DNA of 64,000 nucleotides, from the NCBI RefSeq assembly GCF_009914755.1, contig NC_060942.1; one strand, 5' to 3'. Shown here piece by piece: positions 16,293 to 29,288 of the stretch (positions are counted from its first letter, which is position 1; each line of letters opens with the position of its first letter). A model generated the notes under the pieces. It was not told the DNA's origin and made no database searches. It saw only the letters and a program-made list of their open reading frames with translations. This stretch comes from the human T2T-CHM13v2.0 reference genome, Homo sapiens. The translations under genes were made by a program, and so were the position numbers.

Positions 16293-16707
16293 CTGTGCAT
16301 CTAATCCAAAACACACAATGTTGTTGTTTTATTTTTCAATTTTGGAATTATCCTAATAAAGGCATTCTCTGGGAAGCTCAGACTGCATCTCAAACCTTTC
16401 TCTGACACTAGCATCCTCATTGGAACAAATAGCCCTTTCACTAAAAGCAATACAGTTATTGCATTCATGTTATATGATGGTAATTTTCACTTTTGCTTTC
16501 AATACAACATTAAAAGAAAAATTGTCTATAGGAAAGAAAGAGGCAATATACTATATCCTGGAACTAATTCTTTGGCATCTGTAAAAAAGGGGGCCATAAT
16601 TCTGAATAGAGGCTCCTGTCCTAAAACAGACCCAATGCTAAGATCTAATAGAAAGGGCACAGAGAAGCATAAGGAAACTTAATGTCACTTTCACGTTTTT
16701 TGTACAA

Positions 16708-16803
16708 GTTGATGTGAGGATCTAAAGAGGCAATTTCTGTAAAATGCCTAGTAGAGGACCAGGCATATAGTAAGCCCTCAGCAAATGCTGGCTGTTATCA
16801 TTA
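16708..16803 (+). mobile_element. MIR 3' fragment
   Basis: gttgatgtgaggatctaaagaggc...ggcatatagtaagccctcagcaaatgctggctgttat. Confidence 0.7.
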
Positions 16804-16904
16804 TGTTTTATAAAGAATTTTTACATCTTCCTCCTAAGCCCTGAGGCTTCATAACGAAGCCTTATATATGACTCTCAATGGCTCAATGTCTTTCCTAACC
16901 TAAT

Positions 16905-17041
16905 GTAGAAAGTGACATACCATTGCTTCCAAGATAACCTATTGGTCACATGGACCAACATAAGACCAATGTGGGATGACCCTGTACATAAGGGTAAGAA
17001 GCAGGCATCACTTGGGGCCATCTCAAAGGAAGGTGACCACA
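16905..17041 (-). mobile_element. MLT1 (MLT1F-like) LTR fragment
   Basis: gtgacataccattgcttcc...ctattggtcacatggaccaac...ggggccatct matches the reverse complement of the MLT1F 5' part. Confidence 0.65.
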
Positions 17042-17194
17042 ACTGCCTAATGGCAGTTGAATCCTTTATCAAGCTACCCTCAGTAACACTTCAGCTTTCA
17101 AGGACCAGGTTTTTGTGACTATTGTGAACAGGATTTTAGTGAATGAAGATATATCCCAAAATAACATTTCACTTAAAAGTTGAATATCTGTTAT

Positions 17195-17335
17195 CAATTT
17201 ACAAATGCTTTTATGTTATATCTCACTTGAGCTTCAAAATAACCTTTTAAGACAGACAAGAGTAGAAACTACTCCAGTGATTTCATAGATAAGGAAACTG
17301 AAGATCAGAGAGACTTAATGATTAACCTAAGATTT
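17195..17335 (-). mobile_element. MIR fragment
   Basis: tttcatagataaggaaactgaagatcagagagacttaatgattaacctaag = reverse MIR core. Confidence 0.75.
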
Positions 17336-18772
17336 AAACTAGATATCCTCCTAGCATTCTCATGGCACTTATTCTGCTAGCGTAGGCTGCCTTGTATATT
17401 TTTTAAATGACTATCTGTTTATGTGCTGGTCATGGTGTTTGCAGCAAATCACAAGTGTGTAATTTTTTTTTCTTAAAGGCATTTAATCTACTTTCTAAAA
17501 ATCACTAGAATTCAGAAACTGATACTACTTCTTTTGTTTCATTATTTGCCTCCCTGCCCCCAACACTCATACATATTTAGAGACACCCATGGACACTCAT
17601 GAACACACATATTCTTCTTTCTAGTCCCTTATCAATGGCAAACTAAAGTTATTTTAGAATATACTAGCTGTCATTGTGCCACAGAGAAACCTCTCTTTCA
17701 TGCAAATTGATATATGTATATAATCATACATGTTTATATATAAACTTTGTAGCTTTCCTCCCTCTTTTCTAAAATAAATTATGAAAGGTTGTATGTTCAG
17801 GCTTCACGCAGAATTTTTCATTTGAGGGAGACTTTTTCAACCCTTTCTATTTGAGTTGGTAGCCATTTATATGAAGAGAAAATGAATACTAATGGAAAAT
17901 CCTAGAGTGGATTTGGAAAATCATTATAACAGTTCTGCTATAGGTTTGGGCCTTTGACAAACCACCTATTCAAGGATGAAAAATCCACTATTTCTCTTCT
18001 GCATTTCTTTTTCCGAATACAGCTAGATTGAATAACAGGCCAGATAAAGGATTCAGAACAATTGCTTTACTAAGTAATAGTGAGCCCATGTTCTAACCAA
18101 TGGGACAGAAACTGACCCTCTGTATCTCTGACACAGTTGCCTTTCATTGACAGATTTACAGTGGAGGGGTTGGGAGAGCAGATGAATTAAAAAAAAACAA
18201 AAGCAAATCAAGATCCCCCATAAATTTCACGATCCCCACATCTTCCACCTCAGCACCTATTAGAACACCTTACTCTTAAATTCTGCACATGTGGAGATTT
18301 ATTTGTATCCCAGAGGTTTGCTCAGATGTTTCCTCTGTGCTTTCAATGCAGGCCCACCCTTTTCTTTCTTCATATTAAAACCATATAGATTCTCCTTGAA
18401 GCCTTCTCAACTGGTAATAATCATTTACATCCTTGCTAGTGCTTATGATTTTCGAATTACTTTTAGATAATCTAACTCAGCGATCTCCACACAACCTTAG
18501 ACACTTAGCCCGGCAAGTATTGTGCTTTTGCTTTCATGGATGAGAAAAAGGAGACTTGGAGTGCTTTGATTAGCAAACAAGGTTACAGAGCTAAAAAAGG
18601 AGTGACACTGGAGTAGATCCCAGCTTACATGAAACCCACTGCTTTACCTGCCCCTATAGCCTGCATGATATTTCCCTATTCTGAGTGCTTGGAGCTCTTG
18701 GAGTCTCTTACATCTAATGTGATCATTAAGAGGTACTAACTGTCTGATTGCTTCTTGTGTGCAGCTAACTCA

Positions 18773-19254
<482 letters not shown>

Positions 19255-22200
19255 TCAATTGAGGTCTGGAGTTATGTACTCCATTTATTCATTTTTTCTT
19301 AACATAGTCCCTCCTTACTATGTGATATTCTCTGTCCTAGACCTTGAAAATACAAGTTAAATATGGCATATTCTTTACCTCTATGAGCTTAAAATTGAGT
19401 GGGGAAAGTTTCATTTTTTCTTTGAAATGAAAACAAACTTAAGTACCGATATGCATGAGAAAAATAAATTGTTCATTTCTTTACCTACATCTCATCAGGA
19501 GTAAACACATTCTCTCTCTGGCTAAGCCAAATATACCATAAATCCCTCCTAAAAAAATACCCTGAAATTGAGAATCCAATTTTAATGGCTAAATTATATT
19601 TACCTTGAACTGAGCATTTTCTATTAGGATTTACGTATGCATCTTGGGGATTCTGAATGTTGGACTTTTTTTTCTTTTTTCTTTTAGATTTTAACCTGAA
19701 TGGAAAAGACAATATGAGGGTGATGAAAGACTCTAGATGGTCCGTCTTGGGTAAGAAGAGAAAAAAAACATTCATTCCACTTATATCCAAGGTGTTTCAC
19801 AGATGATATGAAATACTTTTGAATGGCTCAGCTCTTTAACTAATTCCTTTGATAAATCCAGGAGTCAGAACTTAGAAATATACAATAGACTTTTTCCTAA
19901 TCAGCAATGGCACAGGTGGAAATGTGTCCTCTGTGAGTGTATTCAATAGTCACTCAATGGCCTTTGACCAACATACTACCTTTTAAAATGCAAGATCCTG
20001 CAGTCAAAATTTCTGCTCACATTCTCAGAGCTGTATCTCTTCATCACTTATTGGACTTAAACTCTATTGTCTTCGGCTGATTTTTCATTAGGGTGAAGGG
20101 TCATTGACCAATCATTATGCATAAATAACTGGGAAATTTAGTGGTGAGCCTTCAATAGTGGAAGTAGCATAAAATAACAGCAATCATACCAAGCTCTATT
20201 GAGAGAGTCCTCAATGGAAGTAATATGAATGGGGATAGGGAACTAGGGGTGAGAGGGCAATTCCTCTGGGAGTTTCATCCCAGAGGAGACTTCACTTGAA
20301 CTGAACTCCAAAGGATGAACAGAGTTTTGCACTACAAAAATTGCATAGATATAACAAGCTAACAGAACAATCCGAGCAGGTAAGAGCCTGGGCCATGGCT
20401 TTGTATCATTATGCATAGTTTGGAAGAATATTAATATTGATTCTCTGTACCATTTTTGAGTATATTCATCAGATCCATTGCTTGGTGTTAATTGCATTTT
20501 GTCAAACAAGAGCCTTCCACACAATTTAGGAGACATTTAAATACTAGTTGATATATTTTACAAAACTGTATTCTATACTCAAAATCCAGAGTTAAAATTG
20601 AGGCCCATTTCTTTTCCATGATGTAATACTATGTTACTTTAGTGGCAAATTCTCATATTCCTTGAAAAGCTCATCATCTTGAGGTGACAGTTCAAAACTG
20701 CCTTCATAAAATTAGGAAGATCCCAGAAAGCTTGAAACAGAGAACAGTTATTCCCATGATATATGATCTTCCTGGGCCTCTACCTCATAAACTTCTAACT
20801 TCCTTTCAAATAGTATAGAAAGGCCGATTTTTCCTCCTTTGTACACAACATTCATTTTTTTCCCCTCTCTCTGGGCTATTATTTATTATTTAACTTGGTT
20901 ACTGTATTATTTAAAGAAAAAAGCAGTTTGCAATATTGCCTGTATGGGAGATTCTATAGAGGGTAAAGTAATATTGATTGCATTGTAGCTATTAACTACT
21001 GTTCCGGAAACAAGGAAGGAGTATAAGACACTGAATCAGGGCAAGAAGTACATTCACCCTCCTACAAGCTAAAAAAGAAAAAAAAGGTAGCAAACCACCT
21101 TCCAAATTATTCACAAACTTTAGAATTTCTTCTTCAAGGTCCAAAGAGCCAGCTTGAAATGTTAAGATAATTGGTGAACTTACAGGAATAGAAATGGCCC
21201 TTAAGGAACAAAAAAATTTCTCATACTTTTAGAGACTGTAAAAAGAATGACCAAGCTTCCGTAATTTTGTTCTAGTCCACATTTTCAACATTAACTACTA
21301 AATCCTTTATACAAATGCACTGTCTATTTAGACTGCTTTTCCTAGAACCCCATACATCTTTTTCTGGTTCTTTCTGATGATCATATCACCCCTTGAAAAA
21401 TCCAGATTAAAAAAAAAAGTATGAATTTACATACACTTATATTCCTTGGTCTTTCTCCATAAATATACCTGGATCTCTCTGTTTTGGTTGTAAGTGTAGA
21501 AGTTGGTGGAATCCTATTTCCAGTAGGGGTTAATTAACCAAATGGGAATTCTATACATTGGATCTCACAATGGAATATTTAGAAATAAATCTGTAAGAAG
21601 GCCTGGGAAGCATAAAGGACCCAGGGGGAGAAAACACAGTCAATAAGGCTAGAAATGGAAGAATCCCTTTTAAAAATCAAACTGAGAAAAAAAGAAGCAG
21701 ATGTCAAAAGCTCGGTATGAAGTCAAGTCACAGGGACAATGAAATCCAGAGTAGGGAACAGAGGTCAAGAGATTAGGGGAGGGGTTATTTTTGGGAAAAA
21801 AATCAAGAAGAGTGTAATTTATCACTGACATTTAATTGGCCTCCATGGTGAGATGCATGGAATTACCACCAGTATTTAAAAGGCTATAGACAAGGAAGAC
21901 AGAATCAATCAATCAGATTTCCAACTGAACTTATCCCTCTGTTAAGTGTTGTAGCAACAGAAAATACATGCTTCCTTAAGGGAAGTTAGAAGACCAAGGT
22001 AGCATATGAATCAATTAGAAAATACTGTTTCACCGTACAGAATACTGGTTTCTACAGTCCCTCTAAAACACCCTTGCTCAAAGTGATTGATTAGTAAATA
22101 CTTGTTAAATAAACCTAAGAGCTGTTTGTGTTTTCTAGATTCTATACACTATAAAATTAGAGGGGAGAAGAAATTTAACAAGGGTAAAGGGCAAGACAGA

Positions 22201-23149
22201 TCTAAAAGGAGATGGAGCCTGAACTATGCATTTGATAGTAAAAGATAGGGGCAACAAGAAGGAAGAGAAGAACAAATGGGAGAAAAATGAAAAGGGATGA
22301 GTAAAATAATGCCTCAATAAATTAAATCATTGCTCAGATGTTAAGCCAAAATTCCAGAGCCTAAAACCCAGTTGTCTAATCCTATTCATTAGTATTTCAT
22401 CCAAAAACGTACACATTTCTCTCCTTCACATAATACCTCACTTAAATGTTTCTGGTATTCATTGATGAGTATCACATAAATGTCCTTTCCTACTTGCCCA
22501 TGTACATATGAATGAATCACAAAGCCTTACCCTCTTGAAGCCAGGCAGGTCAGAGCTCAAGAACGACCTTGAACAAGCTATTCTTTGAACTTCAGTCTCT
22601 GCATCCTGTAAAAGGAGAAGGTTGTAGTCCTCTGTGGTTTTTAAATCTAAAGCAAACCTTCACCACATAGTATTGTTTTTATTTAAATGATTTCAGTCTG
22701 AAGATATACACATATAATGGTCAAAATGAATATGTTGATTTCTGTACAAATTAATGTTTTTTGCTATTTGCACTGATAAAATTGAAACAAACACAATGAT
22801 AACAAAGTAGCTATTTAACTTAATGATCATTTAATTTTTCTTTTGATAATGCATGTTTTTATCTGGACTAATACGATGTAAATTATAACCAACAAGTTTT
22901 AAATATTCTCTCATTTGAAGCATCTGCTCAATGAAGGAGAATCGCAGATATGTGAACTCCTCCTGCTTCTGCTGTTTGTAGGAAGAGGCAGACTTGAAAC
23001 CCTGCATTGTCTGTGGCCTAAACATTGCACAGATGATCAATTTGTGAAATAAGGGATTTTTTATTTGTATTTGCCTAAATAGAGAAACGCTAATGGTGTG
23101 TTCCATCAATTAAAGAGAAAAGAAATAAATCTACCAATACTACTGCATT

Positions 23150-23870
23150 TGTTCATTCATAAATTCATTCATTCATTCCTCATTCATTCATATGCTAGAT
23201 CTTTGTAATAAAAAATTGAAAAAAAATTAAACTCTTCATTATAAGTCTCATCCTAGGAAGACAGACAAGTACACATATGATAAGACAAGAAAATTAAACT
23301 TTCTCAAGTGTTAAAGAGCAAGCACCATCATATGTGTTTTTTAATATCACATTGCGTTTAATCTAAATGCGCTAAGGAAACACAGGGCCAACCAGGGAGC
23401 TTGATGTAAGTTTTTTGATAAATCTTAATAGTGAAGAATGGGGTGTAGATTGTTAGAAAAAGACAAATCCATGGGGATTTGAATGTTATTCGTACTGTTT
23501 TGAGTGGACATAAGACAGTCCTGTGTAACTAGAGAATAAAGTACGTTTAGCACCGTGATGGGAGAAGAGATGAGAAAGATAAGCTGGATCAAATGACTTA
23601 AAGGACTTGAAATCCATCTTAAAATAAAGGCTTCTACGATAAAAAAAAAAGGTAACTAAAATCAAAGTGCCAAAAGGAATAAGAAAAAGGTAAGTGAAAT
23701 CAAAGTTTTCTATTATAGAAGGAAAATGAGTTGTTATTTATAATGAAAAATTGGAGAAGACAGAAACTGGTTAGGGAGTGGTTGACATACCCCATAACAT
23801 GAGGATCTGAGGGCCAAGGTATTATGGAGAATGGAATTATGGAGGATAGGGCGAGACAAGAGACATTTCA
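23150..23870 (-). mobile_element. L2 fragment with (TTCA)n 3' end
   Basis: ttcattcataaattcattcattcattcctcattcattca tail followed by diverged L2 body. Confidence 0.65.
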
Positions 23871-24967
23871 GAGAAAAAAAGCTGTGCTCCACAACCAGCT
23901 GTACTAGAACTTGCTATTGTTCTCTGACGCCAAACCCTCCATTGGGGTAAGCTATGTTCAATCACCTTCATCTCGTAAGTGTTCAAGTGGGCTTTGCAGG
24001 AAAATTGGTATCTACTACTTCAGGAGGGAGACTCTTTAACCCAGAAGAAGGCAAAAAAAAAGTTTGAGCTGCCAAGTCTTATTTGTGTTTAATGTATTTT
24101 ATCGAATTATCTTGAAGACTCAGTTCTTAGTTCTGTGTCATAAATATGAACACTATATTTCCTCCATTTGGGAATTTTCAGTACTTTCCTTAAAAGGAGG
24201 CTAGCAAAATGTAGTTTTTCTACAAACTCACTTACATGGGTTGAAAGAGGAGTTTATTTCCTAAGATGTACTATCTTGAATATTTATTTTAGATAATTAT
24301 TTATGCTTACAGTGTCCACAGAAGACCTCCAAACCCTGATACTTATGAAAGTCTTTATAGGAATATGCCAAGGAGAGTTGAATGGCCCATTATTTTATGT
24401 TATAGACATTCACTGACTGATCTCGAGGCTTATCATAAAGCTTCAGTAATCAAGACAATATGATATTGGTGAAAAAATGGACACATAGATAAATAGAACA
24501 GAATAGAGAGCTCGGAAATGGATCCATACAGATATAGTCAACTGATCTTTGACAAATGAGCAAAGGCAATTCAATGGGGAAAGGATATCTTTTCAATAAA
24601 TGGTGTTGAATTAATTGGATATCCATGTGCAAAAAATAAATAAAATAATTTAAACACAGATTTTACATCTTTCACAAACATTAACTCAAAAGGGATTATG
24701 GATCAAAATGTAAAACACATGACAAAAAAATTTCTAGAATACAGGAGAAAATGTAGGTGACTTTGGGTTTGGTTATGACTTTTTATATATAACATCACAA
24801 GCGTGATCCATGAAAGAAAATATTGATAAATTGGACTTTATTAAAATCAAAATCTTCCTTTCTATGAAAGACATTGTTAAAAGAATGACAAGGACATAGA
24901 CTAGGACAAAATATTTGCCAAACACATATCTGGTAAAGGAATTGTGTCCAAAACATGCAAATAATTC

Positions 24968-25180
24968 TTTTTTTTAAAAAAAATTATGTATTTAATTGAC
25001 AAAAATTGTGCACATATATAGTGTACAACATGATGTTTTGAAATATGTATACATTGTGGAATGGCTAAATCAAGTTAATTAACATGTATTACCTCCTATA
25101 CTTATTTGTGGTACTGACACTTAAAATCTACTCTCAGCAATTTTCAAGTGACATTGTTATTAACTATAGTCACCATGTTC
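24968..25180 (-). mobile_element. L1MA-type 3' end fragment nested in the L1M
   Basis: T tail then atttaattgacaaaaattgtgcacatatatagtgtacaacatgatgttttgaaatatgtatacattgtggaatggctaaatc; degenerate TSD caaataattct/caaagaactct. Confidence 0.85.
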
Positions 25181-25493
25181 TTCAAAGAACTCTGAAAACT
25201 AAACAATAAAAATACAAACAACCATTTAAGAGTGGGCAAAAGATAGGATCAGACAGTTTAATAATAAACATATGTAGATTGCAAATAAGCCTATAAAATG
25301 ATGATTACTATCATATGTCATTAGGGAATTGAAAATTTAAAAACATAATATATGAATACATGCATTTTACAATGTCATATCTAAAATACTGACAATATCA
25401 AATGCTTAAATTAGGAGGAACAGGAACTTTCATTTATGGTTGGTGACAATACTAATAGTACAGCTACAATGGAAAAGAGTTTGGCAATTTCTT

Positions 25494-25827
25494 TGTTTTT
25501 GTTTGTTTGTTTTGTTTTGTTTTGTTTTGTTTTGTTTTGTTTGAGGCAGTCTCACTCTGTTGCGCAGGCTGGAGTGCAGTGGCTCCTTCTCGACTTAACT
25601 GCATCCTCAGCCTCCTAGGCTCAATCTATCTTCCCACCTCAGCCTCTGGAGTAGGTGGGACTACAGGTGCATGACCACCATATCTGGCTCATTTTTTGTG
25701 TTTTTTTCTAGAGAGAAGGTTTTGCCGTCTTGCCCCAGTTGGTCTCGAACTCCCGGGCTCAAGCAATCCACCTGCCTTGGCCTCCCAAAGTGCTGGGATT
25801 ACAGACGTGAGCCACCATACCCTGTCC
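25494..25827 (-). mobile_element. AluJ with (TTTTG)n tail nested in the L1M
   Basis: gaactcccgggctcaagcaatcc AluJ pattern; TSD agtttggcaatttctt 25478-25493 / agtttggaaatttctt 25828-25843. Confidence 0.93.
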
Positions 25828-27029
25828 AGTTTGGAAATTTCTTACAAAGCTAAACCTAGTCTTAGAATACATTCCTGCAATTGTTCTCTTAGGTATTTTC
25901 TCAACTTACTTGAAAACTTCCATCCATATAAAAATGGGCACTCTCTATACAATCACCTCAAAGTGACTTTAATCCTTATTAATGTATGATTCTTCACACA
26001 CCTCCGGAGTCCATTATTGAATATTTTATAGTTCAGGGCCTTTTAGCTCCTAAGCATTCTTCCCACTGGGCATCTGTTCCTGTAACGTGGATTCACACTG
26101 CATATTCAGTCCCGCTCAAACTGACCAGCGTTATGATGTGTTCTTCTCTGCAATGTGCCCTCAAACAAAACGAATTGAATCCTTTCGTGTTTTTACATTT
26201 CTTTAGTTAATTATTAGGAGGTATTGGAGTTGGTGCTACCCTGTGAATAGAAAATGTAAGAGGATATCTCCGGATACTCCTGCCCCCTCTTTGAAATGTG
26301 ACCATTTTGATGTGGAGGAAATTGTGCTGCTCTTGCTAAGTTAGCCAAAGGAATTGATCTGCTTGTAGAAAGTCCACACTGACTATGAGGCAGACCTGCA
26401 AAGGCTGATGGGGATACTGTCTTGCATTGGGTTAGGCAAAGCTGAGTCTTCCTTTATATTAAAATATTATGAACTGGCACCTAAAGAGCCAACACTCAGA
26501 ACTGACCAAACCCAATCAAGATGTTCCCTTGTTGTTACTAAATTATACTAATTTGAATTTACTAATACTATTCCCCAAAAGGGAGCTATATTTACATTCT
26601 CCTATTACTGAAGTAACATCAATAGGTCAGAGGGAAATGGAAACGTTCTTATTTTTCTTTATATATAAGATAGCTGAGTGAATAGGTGTTCTCACGTCTA
26701 TCTCTAGTGTACCTTATCACTTTCGAGTAGATATGGAATAAATACTTAGAAATATTTGTGGAAATTACTTAAATCGTGATTGCACAAATAAAAATAAGTT
26801 ATGCAAGGAATGATTAAAGAGATTTGAAAGCTTTATAACTCCTGGTGATCTGGTGAAAAGATGGTCGTGTTTAAAAAATCTGAGTCCTATCAAATGAAAT
26901 AGGAAATAGACATCTCTTGGAGGACATAGCTAGTTAGTCAAAAAAATGGAGGTCACGAATAACTCAGTAACAGGAAAAAATTGCAATAGTTAAGAGCTGC
27001 CAAAAAATACACAAAGTATTTTTTTGCAT

Positions 27030-27244
27030 CCTTAAACTCCTGGGCTCAAGCAATTCTCCAGCCTCAGCTTCCCGAGTAGCAGGGACCACAGGTGCAGGCC
27101 GCCTGGCTAATTTTTAAAATGTTTTGTAGAGATGAAATTTCCCTTTCTTGACCAGGCTGGTCTCGAACTGCTGGCCTTAAGTTACCCTCCTGTCTCAGCC
27201 TCCCAAAGTACTGGAATTACAGATGTGATTCACTGTGCCTGGCC
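27030..27244 (-). mobile_element. AluJ lacking the 3' part of its right arm
   Basis: ctcctgggctcaagcaattctccagcctcagc...cactgtgcctggcc. Confidence 0.88.
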
Positions 27245-27656
27245 AAAAATACGGTATTTTTTAAAACAAAAAGTATTGGGATCATCCATTAACCCTTATA
27301 GTCTAAAAATCATTCATAGGGATCAGACATAGAGAATAAAACAATCAATTTTTTTTAGTAAAGCTGACTGGAACACTTGACGAGAATTGTTTCTGCATTG
27401 GTTTCCTAATTTGCTATTCTAGCACTTTAGTACTTTGCTGACACTGTCTATCCCAGACAAAGCTAATTTACCATAGAACTCTTCAACAGGAATCTGTCTC
27501 AAGAAGTTGACATCATGATGAAACACAGAGCAAAAAGTACCCTCTCTACACATAGGGGAGCCAAAAGAACAATCTAGAGGTATTGGGCCAAACACTCTCA
27601 GGTTCTTCTACATTCTCAAAGCAGACAACCCTTTCACCTCCCATAGAGAAGAGTAA

Positions 27657-27815
27657 GCAATGGTCCTGGAGCATAACCACAAGTGTGTCAATCACATGGG
27701 TATCTTGTTAAAGTGAAGATACTGATACAATAGGTCTTGGCTGGGATCTTAGATTTTGCATTTCTAACAAGCTACCTGGAAATTTATAAGCCTCTGGTCC
27801 ATGAAGTAGTTAGGA
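27657..27815. mobile_element. MER5-type hAT-Charlie MITE
   Basis: aatcacatgggtatcttgttaaagtgaagatactgat...ttttgcatttctaacaagctacctgg. Confidence 0.7.
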
Positions 27816-28589
27816 GATAGAGAGTCCAGGATGGTTACTGTGGCACGTCTTCCCATATTCAAGCAATGACTTTGACGCTAACTACAACATCTTGATTGAA
27901 TTGGGTGCTCTGCTTCTCTGATTTTCTGCAGAGTGCAGGACCAGAAGCAGTTATTTTTTGCACATTATAACTGGCTAATGTCACAAAAATCAGTAATTGC
28001 TGAAATCTTGACAAATGTGCCCCAACATAACCATAAGATGATAATTGAATTAAATACTCATAAAAGATTGAGATTTGGAACTGTTGATTCCAACTCTTTT
28101 ACACTTTTCATATATTCTCCCTTCTGGCTCTAGAGGGTTTAAGTATTTTTAAATTAGCTCATTCTTCCCCTAGAGGTCTTCATTTCTTCATTTGTTTTAT
28201 TTGATCACATTAGCTTATAAGCTGCCTCATATATTTTTGGAATGTGTTTGGGGACATAAATACAATAATGAAATTAGCATTTCCTCCTCCAAAAGTTGAG
28301 CTTCAGAGTGGGTTATGCTTATCTGTCACCCTTACTTGCTTCATCCCAGTGCTCTGCATATAATAAACCCTTAGTAAATATTTCTTGATTGATACATACA
28401 CTTGAAAGTTTTTATTACTTGTATGTGTCTGAAATATCAGGGTTCTCAGATCGAATTCTTCTTTCTCCCTTTCAAACTTTATCAAATCTTTGTTATTTAA
28501 AGTGCTATTAAGTATCTCAAGTTTATCCTTTCAGTTTGGAGGTGATCATCTTCCATTCTGGGGGAGATGGGTCCTATGCCCCAACATTT

Positions 28590-28730
28590 GCGCACTTAAT
28601 TAAAGCACAAGGGATGCTTAATTAGTGTAATAAATGCAATTAGAAATGTCTGTAATGAAGAAACTGTTGCTTAATTTTTAGAGCCATAGACAGGGGCAGC
28701 CAGATGGGTTAATTAATGAGTGTTAACTCT
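28590..28730. promoter_or_regulatory. Candidate enhancer: homeodomain (TAATTA) cluster with CAGATG E-box
   Basis: TTAATTAA 28596, CTTAATTAG 28617, GTAATAAA 28627, CAATTA 28637, CAGATG 28701, TTAATTAATGA 28709 in non-repeat DNA; motif evidence only. Confidence 0.4.
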
Positions 28731-29237
28731 CCTTTGATAAACACTTTGAGCTCTGATTCAATGAGACTATACAAATGTCATACATTGTTGTTATTATGTT
28801 TAGGTAGAATAGCACTGGGGCCCCACTTCCTTAGGCCTCTCCATTTAACAGCTTTATTCTCAAGCTGACCTTTGCTTTCTCCAGGTGTAACTCTTTTGCT
28901 TATTTTTCCCAATAATAACTTAGGGTATACTCAACTGAAGAAAGTAAACGTCAATTTCCAAAATTTTAAGAGATGTATTTTCATTTTGACTAATACACTG
29001 TTTCTTCTGTGAAAGAAACCCTTTTGGCTTTCACTGTTGCTAAACTCTGTGAGTGCCAACACCGCTTTGTGAATGAAAAAGACTACCATTCTTCACAACA
29101 TGCCACTGTATCTCACATTTCCATCAGTGATTTTTGAGCAACTATATATTCTTTGATAGAAGTTGTAGTTACTTTTAATGTCTTTAATTAAAAAATATAA
29201 AAATAGATGAGCCTCTTTTTTATATATAGTGTAACAT

Positions 29238-29288
29238 ATTTCTAGTTGGATAAAATTTCTGGTTGGATCAAATTTCTGATTGGAAACA
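29238..29288. repeat. 17-bp tandem repeat, 3 copies
   Basis: atttctagttggataaa / atttctggttggatcaa / atttctgattggaaaca. Confidence 0.85.

Larger units (their letters stand above)
24405..25935 (+). mobile_element. Old L1M (L1MC-like) ORF2 3' region, interrupted by two nested insertions
   Basis: gtaatcaagacaatatgatattggtgaaaaaatggacacatagataaatagaacagaatagagag...ctgatctttgacaaa...ttttcaataaatggtg is degenerate ORF2 (KTxWYW..IDQWNR..LIFDK..FNKW); many stops. Confidence 0.85.

Noticed and set aside
29238-29288. Short direct repeats as a possible CRISPR-like array
   Set aside because: Head-to-tail copies without unique spacers, no cas genes, mammalian context
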